NCBI GenBank assembly: GCA_016748015.1 | Contig: JAAOMT010000661.1 | Location: forward strand, 62,001 to 126,000 | Direction: 5' to 3' | DNA: 64,000 nucleotides | Source: Geosiphon pyriformis uo1 | Taxonomy: Eukaryota; Fungi; Glomeromycota | Part shown: positions 49,138-61,200 of the stretch, piece by piece | Layout: every line of letters begins with the position of its first letter | Position numbering within the stretch: the stretch's first letter is position 1 | Made by a program: the position numbers and the translations under genes | The notes under the pieces: model-generated | The model's database searches: none | What the model was told of the DNA's origin: nothing | What the model saw: the letters and a program-made list of their open reading frames with translations, nothing else

Positions 49138-50721
49138 ATGAAAATGTCACAATTTTCTTTGTCAACAATGTTAAACACAACGTCGGAGTCAACTAATGAT
49201 AATAGTAAAAATAATAACAAATCTTTAGCATCGAATAAAAATTCGTTGGATTCTACCTCGTGTTCTTCTAATATAAAGGCCCCTACTTTTGAAATAATAT
49301 CTACTGATAAACTTATAAGTTTATATGAACAAAAAAGGGGAACTTCTTACTTCATTCCAGAAGGATTCGAACCGGTTTTGATTCCAACCAATCCAAATAC
49401 AAATAATAATAATAACAATAATAATCCTAATCCTAATCCTAATCCTAATCCTAATCATCAACATCATCATGCCAACTTGAATAATTCTCCACTTTTTGTA
49501 CAGCCAACAGCAGCTAACCTTATGTTACTAAATGGTAGTACAAAGAAATCAAATGGTCGACGCAGCACTAGCCTAAAGAGTAGCCAGCAACAATTGCTTT
49601 TACAACAACAACATCAACAACTACTCCTTCAATATCAACATCAACAATTTCAATTTCAACAACAACTGCTACGTCAACATCCTCATTTTCACCATCCATA
49701 TCATCGATCACTACCTGCGACCGTTGTAAATTCGGATGTAAAGTTTCCTTCTTTAGTGCTAACTCAAGCTAAGGGAACGACTTCGCGGGGCGGTTCAATC
49801 CCTAAAGCTCAAAAGCCAAAGAAGCCACCGAGACCACCAAATGCATTCATATTGTACCGAAGATCAAAACAACATCAAATCGTTGCTGCCAACGAAGGAA
49901 TTTCAAATAATGACGTTTCAAAGCAAGTAGGAGAAATGTGGCATAAAGCGAGTAGCGAAGAAAAATTACATTACCAACAATTAGCGGACGCTGCAAAATT
50001 GGATCATACGAAAAAATATCCAGAGTACAAATATCGACCTAGACGACCTCACGAGAAACGGAGACGAACCAAGAGACCTTCTAATGCCTCATCAACTTCT
50101 AATCTTGCAAAAGAAGCCACGAAAACAATGGCAGAAGCAACAACGACAACAACAAAAAATTCGTCTAAAAAAGCTGAAAACAATTCTTCGGAAATACAAA
50201 CTTTTTATAATGATGATTGTAAAGTTATTGAATCACAACGTCGTGATTCACTAGAAACAGTCTGTAGTAGTATCGAAGAAAGTACAGCATTTGACTATTC
50301 TTACGACGAAAATTTATCTCGACGTGGTTCAGTCGCTTCGTCCACCACTGAAAATGAAATATCAAATCATCCTTCAATAGTATATAATTATACTACTGCC
50401 ACATCATCCTCCCCCCTCACCATATCTCCAACCTTAGAACACACAGAGGTCGCACTTTCTCCCGTGAATAGCACTATTAATGATTCTCACCATCAAGTTT
50501 GTTACGAACCAACATTTAGTCAATACGCGTTATGTTCAATGTTGGAAGGTGTTTCACCAGATGGTTCTGATCCTGAATTAATTCCATTTGATTTCCTTGA
50601 TATGGGTTCATTTAATCCTCAAAATTCAACTGCCTCCGAAGCAGCTTACTCTACCAGTGAATCCCTTGATTATCTACTAGGATCTTTTGATTTGTCAACG
50701 TTAATCTCATCTAACGAGTAA
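49138..50721 (+). CDS. MATA_HMG/SOX/ROX1-like HMG-box transcription factor (HMG-B), 527 aa, intronless
   Basis: Canonical sequence-specific HMG box at about 49822-50049: KPPRPPNAFILYRR...ISNNDVSKQVGEMW...EEKLHYQQLAD...HTKKYPEYKYRPRR. Followed by a basic NLS-like tail. Poly-N, NP and Q/H-rich N-terminal region; acidic S/T-rich C-terminus. Confidence 0.94.
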   Translation: MKMSQFSLSTMLNTTSESTNDNSKNNNKSLASNKNSLDSTSCSSNIKAPTFEIISTDKLISLYEQKRGTSYFIPEGFEPVLIPTNPNTNNNNNNNNPNPNPNPNPNHQHHHANLNNSPLFVQPTAANLMLLNGSTKKSNGRRSTSLKSSQQQLLLQQQHQQLLLQYQHQQFQFQQQLLRQHPHFHHPYHRSLPATVVNSDVKFPSLVLTQAKGTTSRGGSIPKAQKPKKPPRPPNAFILYRRSKQHQIVAANEGISNNDVSKQVGEMWHKASSEEKLHYQQLADAAKLDHTKKYPEYKYRPRRPHEKRRRTKRPSNASSTSNLAKEATKTMAEATTTTTKNSSKKAENNSSEIQTFYNDDCKVIESQRRDSLETVCSSIEESTAFDYSYDENLSRRGSVASSTTENEISNHPSIVYNYTTATSSSPLTISPTLEHTEVALSPVNSTINDSHHQVCYEPTFSQYALCSMLEGVSPDGSDPELIPFDFLDMGSFNPQNSTASEAAYSTSESLDYLLGSFDLSTLISSNE

Positions 50722-52073
50722 CCAATTTCTTAGCAACCTTTTCCAAGATGATATGGATTTCAAATAAAGAATTTTTTGAAAGTAAATCAAACCTATTCCC
50801 AAATTTCATTTCCCTTCCATGCAACCTTAATTTTTTTTTTCGCTCTTACTCGTGCAGTTGAGATTCTACCTATATTATATTCGACCTCAGTAAAATTTGG
50901 CTTATATCCCAATAACCATATTCTACTGTACAAATAAAGGACATTTCAATGCCATTAATTCGAATTCTGAATGCCTCTTCCCTTTTTCCAAATACACTTT
51001 CGCTTTCTTGTCTATTTTTTTAAATACCTACCCATCCCCTTCTCTTTTCAACATAATTATTTGCATTCGATTCTTGCTATTTCATAGTATGCATGTGGAT
51101 ATACCTTTTTCATATTTTAATTTTTTGTTATTAATCGAGCCTAATTTGCCTTATTTACTTTGTATTCAACCGCAGTGTGCTGAATATTGTATTTTTTTTA
51201 ATTATTTTGGCATTTTTACACTGGTTATCAAGTTTTCTACATTTAATAACCGATTTTAATCGTTTTTTACTTTTTTTTTCTATTATTCATTCATGTTTCT
51301 TCTAATGAAATCGAACTCTTTCTGTAAATACCAAACTTGTAGTTTTAAAAAAAACATCAAGAAAAATCAAATCGTTTATGACTTCAAATCCTATATAGGT
51401 TTCTTTTTCTAGTAAATTCTTCTTCTTCTTCTTCTTCTTCATTGTGATTCCCTTTTTTAACGTCGATAGCTTCGGCTGTATTAGCACTTCTCATTTGAAG
51501 CAGCAATTCTTTGTGAATATCATGAATATCATGAATATGTGGAAATTTTCCAAATTCTTCTTCAATTCAATGCGGTTATTAACCGCTCAACGAAAATACA
51601 CAAACAAATGTTTGGTCAACTGAAATTGAATGATAAAATGGTATTTGAATTTTTTAATGCAAAAGTCTTGTGTATTTCCTATAACCACGTCGAAATTGCG
51701 GTTGTAAAATATCTGGGGAAGGAAATTATATTATACGACTTTTGGCTGAGAGCTAAATCATGAAAGTTTTCATCAATCAGTTTACTCAATTAGTAGTAAT
51801 TTAATTTGGACCTGAATGGGCTCATCTGCATAGCAAACAAGATTTAAAAACAAGCTTAACCTTTTACCGAATAAACATGAGACCAAAAAAACAAGGTGCA
51901 ACTCAAACTGTATGACCCATTGATGGCTTTTTTTGTAACATAGGGATGGGTTGCAATTTGGATATATGATCTGTGTGTGCATAATAATGAATTGCTTGGA
52001 AAAATAGGTTTCCTTTAAAAGATTTTTAATTGGAGAATTTCCCTAAAGACATCCTTTTTTTTTTTTTTTTTTG

Positions 52074-52234
52074 NNNNNNNNNNNNNNNNNNNNNNNNNNN
52101 NNNNNNNNNNNNNNNNNNNNNNNNNNNNNNNNNNNNNNNNNNNNNNNNNNNNNNNNNNNNNNNNNNNNNNNNNNNNNNNNNNNNNNNNNNNNNNNNNNNN
52201 NNNNNNNNNNNNNNNNNNNNNNNNNNNNNNNNNN
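52074..52234. other. Assembly gap (161 N)
   Basis: Run of n next to a poly-T tract. Confidence 0.99.
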
Positions 52235-53490
52235 AAATCAAAAAAGGGGGGCGATAGAAAAAAATTTTTCTTAAAGCTGACAGATTTCTTTTTATAAATT
52301 TTGTTCTTGGGTACTCATGTATGTAAATTTTTTGTGATTGGGTATGGCGAAAATGGTTTAAACTTCTGATCAAAACAAAGTTCAAACTTTAAAAAAAAAA
52401 TTAAGCTTATGAAACTATATATTTCTTTATATATAACTTTTTTAAAACTTTCAAATAATCTAGGATTTTATTATTTAGGAAATTTATTCTATGCTAGACT
52501 ATTATTTTGTTTTCACATGTTTTCAACTAATAATATTTTGTTAGACTAATAATGTAAAATTTATTGTTTTTTTTTTTTTTTAAAAAGATTTCTTTGTATT
52601 TAATATATCACTTGTTTTTCATAATATATGTTCTAAACAACTTTGGTCGTAAAAAAAAAATAATCACCAGATTTTGGGGGAAAATTTAGTAGAAAACTTT
52701 CTCATGGCTTGTTTCTTTTTGGTTGATAGATAGATAAATAAATAAATAAATAAATTAAGAATTAATGATTGGCAAAACTTATAGTTAAATTACTACCACT
52801 ATCTTTATTCGGCATGGATAGGTAATAATCCTCCAATAACAAAAGAATTCTTTGATCCAAACACCTATGCATAATGGCCTTCCTTTTCTATCCTATATAT
52901 ATATATGAATTCCAAAATCCTATTTTTTTAACATCGATCCCAGCATGCAATGGCGATTAAATTTTTATAATGAAATTTATTTCGCAATCACTTTTTTGTG
53001 CAATTTACGTTTAATATCAACCATGAAATGGTTCGACGTTTTAATTTGCTACCCTTTTGATGCCTATGAGTGAATATATTTCGAAACACTGGAACTATAT
53101 GTAGTTTAACTTGGAATTTTACTACAGCAACTTAAAGTTCACATTAGGAAACTATTTTTGGGAATTCTATAAAAAAAAAAGTCTTGTATCACATATTTTT
53201 AATTTCTATCAAAACAATTAAAAAATTTTACAATATTAAGAATTAGCAAAATTTTTAATCTTAGATGATCTTTAATTAAGAGTCATCTGAATGTTAAAAT
53301 ACTTTTTTTAATGATAGATTAATATTTTACTTCTTGGGATTACGATTTATGGGAAACAATTAAGTTAAGATTTGAGTTAAAATTTAAAAAATGTAAACGA
53401 GTTTTTAAGCAAATCAAAATCATGTCGAGATTATCTAAATGAAAAGGTTACCTTTAATTTCCAATATCCTGCAGTGATTGGAAAACAGCA

Positions 53491-53507
53491 TAATAATTAA
53501 TAATAAT

Positions 53508-53563
<56 letters not shown>

Positions 53564-53567
53564 TAAT
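53491..53567. repeat. (TAA)n microsatellite
   Basis: Directly visible. Confidence 0.9.
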
Positions 53568-54126
53568 CTTTATAGCGATGTTTGAGTCTGTTAATATTTA
53601 GTGTTTTGTTGAACAAATTGATTAATTTTTGACTATTACTAGCCCATTAAAGAAAGAAACATAGTTAATTTGAATTTTTACATTACGCCAAAGATTGTTG
53701 AACAAAGGTAACTTTAAATGATTGAATACTTAAATATCAAATTCAAATTTAAATACAAGTTAGTATTACTGACTTAACTTGACCTAGCAATTACTTGAAA
53801 TTTCTTTGGAAAATAATCACAATGAACTATAAGGATTAGCTGATTAATTGAATACTTAATTCCTTTAATAATAATGATTGCTTTTCCCGCTGTAAATCGT
53901 TAAAGGTTTGAGCCTTCAAAAGTTTTCTTAACAAATTTGATAAAACTTAATTTTCTGTTTTTATTATTTTACGAAATTATTAATTAAGCAGTAAAAACTA
54001 AAAGTTTCTTAGATTGATGTTTCCATTAAAAGAACATTCTAAAACATTTGGGATGCGTTATTAAAAAAGGCAATTAGACATTTTTAGCTTGGTAAGATGG
54101 AAAACTTTTTCATGCATAAGGATCTT

Positions 54127-54166
<40 letters not shown>

Positions 54167-54932
54167 AAAGTTTCCCCCATCAAAGGAAAAAACTTTTTTT
54201 TAAAATACAAATTTGAACTCCTGAGAAGGTGGAAATGATTTTCTAACAATGGTCTGTATGTCCCACGAATACTTCTAAACTTGAGGATTGTCCCACCATA
54301 CTAAAGTTTGATGACCCGAGATTTGTCAAACGTTGGATAAATTGTGATTTTTTTTTTCCAAATTAATAAATCGAGATCTATATAAAATAAAGGGGCTTGG
54401 TTGTAAAGGAACGGCTAAAAGATTTTTTAGACCATATTTTTCCATGTTATAATCAAATAGTTAACTAATATTATTGAGAAACTAAAGGAATTCTCATTAA
54501 AAAATTTTTTGATATCAAGACATTTATTTGTTTGCTTATCATAGTTACTTAAAGCTTATGGAATTTCATAGAGAGGGAAACCTTTTGATACGTGGAATAA
54601 TTAAAGATTTTTTATTAATATCAAAAATGCTCACACTGTATCTTGTATTTATTTTTTGATGGCTGACTTTTGTGCCAAATGCCAAAATGATGTTACCCAT
54701 TGAGGGAGATATAATTCGACTTTTCATACATTTGTGTTACGAAAATATAGTTTAGTAAGACTCAAATATTGTGAAATATTTATTTAAGTCAATTAGATAA
54801 TTAACTTGTTTATTACGGGTTTTTCAAGAAAAATATCAAATAAATTTTTGTCACCCTTCCCAAAATAGTTATATGATGAGGTTGTGAAAATTTTTTTCAA
54901 AACAATTTGACTATTTTTCCTCACGTTTATGT

Positions 54933-54963
<31 letters not shown>

Positions 54964-57900
54964 CAATAAATATTGACTGACTAAACGAGTTCTCGGCGCA
55001 ATTTAAACTTTTTCGTTGTTATAAAATTTACTTCAACTTTGAAGATACATGTAACGTTGTCAAAAGTCACGCATAGGTTTTCAAGATCGGGAATTTTTTT
55101 TACACTTGAACTCTTAAATATATAACTATTTTTATTCATTTTTTGGATGGTACTTGTGAAATAATTCCTCAAATGCTACTATGATATACCTTTATTATCC
55201 TTCACAAAAGATTTTTAATATAGTATCTAATTTAAGAATACTTTTTTTGTAACAGCCATCTGAGGGTCTTTTCCTAAAATATGAATAATGAAGTACTAAA
55301 AAATGATAGATCAATTAAATTAGATTTTCCTCTGTCTTTGCTTTTAAAATTCAGGAAAATTTTATTTATGCTAGTAAACCTAATTTGACATTTAAACAAA
55401 TTGTCCAGCTTTACTTCATTTGTTTCCTCAATAAATAGAGAAAATATTGAGAATTAGTTAAATTATAGAGTATTTACCGGTTTCAGATTCCCAATTAAGC
55501 ATATCTAAACAAACCAGTATAATCAGGCGGTTAAATTTTCACTTATCAGCCGTAATCAAGGTTTTGAATATTCCAAAACAAACAAGGGAATAAAAGCTAA
55601 AAAAAGGAATTAGCAAAAGGATTAGGTAAGAAGATGTGAAGTTTATAATTCATAATTGGTCCAAAAAAGTTAATTTCATTCTAGGGTTCAATCATGCAGA
55701 ACTTTATTTTTTTAAGGTGACTTAAATTTTTGTTAAAATAAGTTTTAAAACATATTTTTAATATTAAGATTCAATTAAAAAAAGTAAAGATTTGCTCTTA
55801 GAATACGATAAAATTCTAAAGTAAATTTTAATATCCCGAGTTTTTCTTATTTTCGATGTGACTTTTTACAAAAATGACTTCTAATGTTACGTTGCTGTGG
55901 CCTTTCAATATCACACATTATGATTGACGAGCTTGGCTATAAATTTCCTAAAAATTTTAGGGGTTTTTTTTTAGTGCAGGATTATATCATGTAAAAGAGA
56001 CTGAGTCCCAGAAATTTCTTACTTTTACTTTGGAAAGTGACTTAAACCTTTTCAAGTACTCGAAATTATTGAGTGCTGTAATACCATTTTTTATCAAAAT
56101 TACAATATATAATTAAAATTATGCATTCGTAAATAAATGCCTATAATTCAAAAATTCCCTAATTTTTTTGTTTTTAATTTTGTGCTAGGCTAAACAAACT
56201 ATTTTAAAGTTTAATTGGAGTAATTAAAAGCAATCAAAAATCTAGAATACTTTTTATTTTTTATCAAAAAACACAATCTTTCCAAAAATATATATATTTG
56301 TGAATTGCATTAGCCATTATTTTTAGTTTTAGGTTATGTTAGACGAACTGATAATCACCCTTTAAAAGTTTAATCTAAATTAAAAAGCTCGAGCTAAAAA
56401 CGAAAATACTTATACTAATATCAAAAGGATGTTAACTATTATAAAATTAATAAGCCTCTAACGCTTACTTGATACACGGGAGAAACTTAAAACTCAATTT
56501 CACACCAAATGTGGGACATCACTCAAAACACTTGCTTTCTTTCTTTGACTATCAAAAGAAATTGAAATCAAAATTTGACTAATATCCGAAAAAGACTACA
56601 AATTAAATTTGTAGGGAAAATCTAAAACAAAACTCGCAGCTCTCTTTTCTAAATGAATTATAATTGAATCCTCATGCCATGCTGTTAAACCTTGAGTTCA
56701 AAAAAGAAAATTTTAAAACGCGATCGTGCCACACTTTTTAAAAAATCCATGTTCCAGCCCCTAGCCTCAACTACAGACCGAAAGGTCAAGAAACAAATGA
56801 AATAAATGCAATTTTGTGTGCCATATGCACAATCAAGAAGGTCTTTTCACTAAAAAAAGATTCAAAGTGAAAATAAGTTTCAGTATTGTTTTTTGCAAAC
56901 TTCTTTTCATTATCCGATGAAGAAGCAAATTCAAAATGAATGATGAACAATAAAAAAATCAAGTAACAGACTAATTTCTATTGTTTCTTTTCAAGATTGG
57001 AAAAAATGATGAATTACCTTAACGGGATAATGATAAAATGATTTTGTATTACTTTTGGCTTTTCCTTTTATGGAACAATCTTTACGTGCTTTTGGTAACA
57101 CATTAATTGAACTTTTAAGTGCTGATCTTATAATTTCAGAAAAAAAATTATTTTAATATTATTCTGTAATAAATAAATAAATATTGTTAATTTTAATGAA
57201 AAATATTTCAAAGAAGAATCTTTTGTTAAAAAATTATCAAACCTTAAAAATTTTTTATTTAATGGACCTTAAATTTTAACAATAATTAGTAAAAACACCT
57301 AGTTATTTAAAACTAACAAAATCAAGAAAAAAAATCTTTTATTTTAGTAAAAATTTATTTTTATTTTTGAAATTAATTATGTTATATTAGTAAACAAATA
57401 AGAAGTTTGTCAAGAAATTTGTCATTAATTTACACGTTCTTATAATTTAACAGGATATTATGGTAATAAATTAATTTATTTTATCCAATAAATAATTTTT
57501 AAATAAAAAATAAAAAATTGTAAAATAAAATTTATTTTTAAAATATTTAAAAACTGGTACTTGATTAATTTATTTTTAAAAATTTAGATTATATTTCTTT
57601 ATTTCCTTTATCAATTTTTTTTTGATTAAAAATTTTTCATTGATCCCAAAAATTTTTTTTACCAGAATAAAATATTGTTTTATAGGTAATTTTTGACAAA
57701 ACAACCACTGATTATTAAGTTTAATATTCAGTTGATTAACCTTTTACAATTATGTTTTTCTCAAAGAAAAGCTTTTCTTGTATAGATATTTCATATTGAA
57801 ATGTTACTAGTTATGCCAAAAAGGTTTTTCTAATCTTACAATATTAGGAATTAAACAATTTGAAAAATTAGTTGTCTACAAAATATAATTCAAGTAACTT

Positions 57901-58095
57901 TCTGATATCAGATATCAGATCAAACAGATTAATGATTTAAGATGTGAGTATCTTATTGACGAAATCGTGTGATTAATATTTTTCCTGTAAAGATGGCCAT
58001 TGTCGCCGACCGCACGTTTAGTCTAACATTGGATCTCGGAAAATGAAATAGCTTAATTGGTTGAATTTGTAAATTTTAGGTTCTTATCATAATCA

Positions 58096-58131
58096 TATTA
58101 TTGTTATTTATTATTATTATTATTATTTTTC

Positions 58132-58168
<37 letters not shown>

Positions 58169-58206
58169 GTTGTTGTTGTTGTTGTTGTTGTTGTCGTTGT
58201 CGTTGT

Positions 58207-58240
<34 letters not shown>

Positions 58241-58246
58241 GTTGTT
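58096..58246. repeat. Compound (ATT)n/(TTG)n microsatellite
   Basis: Directly visible; gives spurious ORF 58076..58273. Confidence 0.95.
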
Positions 58247-61200
58247 GTGGTGATAGTTGAAGAAAAATCTCACACTATTTAGATAAATCAGATGAACATA
58301 ATAAAAAGGGTATCATTTCTGTTTTAAATCTACAAATTTGATCTATGAAAGGAAAACGGATGCAGCCTTCCCTGAATTGATATTTCCGATTCATGTTTCC
58401 TGGTATCAATGATACATTTATTTGATTTATATGTGTATTTATATGTCATTTTCGATTTTTAATCTTATGTGGTAATTCAACTTAACATAAATCGAAATCT
58501 TTTAAGGAAAATTACCCTTTAACGTGGATTAATTTTTTTCTTTGTAATTCTGAGCATAGATACATGCAAATCTTTTATTATCTTGGATGTTTGATTGACT
58601 ACCTCCAAATTTTAAAAAACAAAGTTCCTTGAAAAATATACCTTTATAAACAATCTCTGAATAAGGATTAGTTTTTATTCTTTTAAGCATGGCCTACCTA
58701 ATAAATATCCCAAAATATTCAGCATTCCCAATTAAACTAACTCGATCCTTAATTTCTAAATAGCCTCCTAATTTCCTGAAATCATAAACAAAAATTTCAT
58801 TCTGGATTTACGATTTGAATATGAAAAAAATAATTAACCCTCACACCCTGAATGATGAACTCTCCAAAAAATTTGGTAAGTCGCATTGATCTCCTTAATT
58901 AAAATTTATGAATAATGATTCAAGAGCGCAATAATTAAATTAATTAAAAAAAACTGCATGACGCAAAAATTAAAATACCAAAGTTGGATAACAACAATGT
59001 GGCTACTTGATTGAATAGTCTGTCAAAATATTTAAGTAGATTTTCCCGGAGGAATCTTGAAGTTCATCATGGATAAAAAAAAAGAGAAGGGGTAATTAAC
59101 AATCTTTTCTTCTTTCTTAGATTAGTTTAAAAAAATAAATATCAGTCAAGCTAACTAATAAAACAAAGTCAAAATTTTGAATAAATTTCGCTTGGTTAAA
59201 TTTAGAATATCACATTATTCTGATCGTTACTGTTTGGCAAGAAAAGAATTTTAAATTCGAATTCTCGAATCTTAATCTTACAATCAATGCGCGTTTTAAT
59301 TATGAAAGTTTAAAAATGATTCAACTTAAAATTCTTGTGAATCGTTTTTTATCAAATTTAATTTAAAAAAAAAACTTCAAGAGCTTAGGAAATGATAACA
59401 TAATCCAAACATTCCTGACCGAATTTCCCATTGGAAATTTACAAAACAAACATATCAATTCCAAAACAAATCTATAAATAGTAAATACTGTAAAATGATT
59501 TTAAAATTTTAAAAGTTGTGAGGTTTTTTATGATTTGCAATCTCTTGATGTCAAAGGTTCATAGTTTTGAAACGTGGCCGTTCGAATTTAGATTTTCTTT
59601 GGGCGGGATAAAATTTCAAGGCAAATAATCTTCGATATCACTTTTTTTTTTTTTTTTCAAGATAGAAATAATCACGCGGTGAATCATATATGCTGATCTT
59701 TGTGGTCGATCTGAAAGGGATCAAATTGGATTGATATATTAGATAAATATTTTTATTACACAAAAAAGCAGGGCAAAATTAATTAGATCATGATGATTTT
59801 TATTAGAAAAACCCAGATTTAATGAATTATTAAAAGTATATTCCAAACAAATTACAAATTACACATATAATTTTTAAAAATAAGTATGATTTAAATACAA
59901 AATGATTTATTTAAAAAATTATTTTTATAACTCTTAATTAAAAATAATAAAATCTTGTTGTTAATAAAACTTTAATTTTAAAAATCACATTTAGCATCAT
60001 AAAAATTCTGAATTTTATTATCAGACAATTTTCTATTCTATTCTTTAAAGAAATAAACAATTTTACTTGACTAATTTTATATATTGTAAATTTAAACAAT
60101 TAATTAATTAGTTGTTTATTTATTTTAAAATTTTTTTTTTAATAAATACACAAAGATGTACTAAGCACAAACTTTTCGTAATATCAAACAGTCAAATATT
60201 GTTTGTACAAAAAATTTTATTAATCTTAATTCGCAAAAACGGTCTCATATTTTTTTGTTCATTTTCGGAATAAGCTTCTAATGTTTTGATTATAAATCTA
60301 TAAAACCCATAAACCATAGAAATGGAGTTTTTAGCCTTACCAATTTAACTAATGAGTTCGAATTTTTCAATCCATTGATAAGAACTTAAAACGAGCTTCG
60401 TTGAAAAGATTATTAGTTCTTTCCTTCATATCTATTAAAAATTTGATGATGGAAACATTTTAAAGAATTTTTATTAAACCACCAAATAATTAAGATACCC
60501 CCAGTATATCGGTAAATTAGTTCATGATTAATTTTTTTTTTGAAAAGACATAAAAAATTTTGTTGTTTTAAACCTTCAGAAATCTTACGATTTCGCTACA
60601 CAACTGACGATTGATTCGGCTTCATCGGATAATTATCTCCAATTTATAAAAATAAATGCCGTAATTAGCATTGAATTATTCCTTTTCTTGTTGAATCATT
60701 AGTAGGTTCAAACATGAGGAGATTTGTGAATGGCCGTCTCAAAGATCTTAATTGATAATTCATTTCGATAACGTTGTTTTTAAAGGAATTTCTTTTTTTT
60801 TTGGCTATTTTTAATTAGTGAATTTAGGTTAATAGCTTAGGGATTTATTTGAAACGCAGATTTCATCAAGCTTCAATATTTCTTTATCTTAAGATATTCA
60901 CTAAACTAATTTTAGAAATCTGCAGTTTCAAGATCCAATTTATCCTCGGAATAAAAAAAGGAAACTTCAAAAGAAATTGAGTTGGATATTCAAAGATCGC
61001 CCAACGAATCTGATGGTAGAATTCTCTGGAGGAATTTGGTAAATTAAAAATAAGTAATGATTAATTTCTTGGACATTTTTTTGGAAGGTTTATTTATCTC
61101 GAACGCAGAAATAATAAAGAAAAATATTTGTTAACATTAATTACCAGGAGAATGTTCTGTTGGCCCTTAGAGAGGATCTTATGATTCGTTTATTTCATTA

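Noticed and set aside
49426-49455. (CCTAAT)5, resembling a telomeric repeat
   Set aside because: In-frame coding NP repeat inside HMG-B; not TTAGGG and not terminal.
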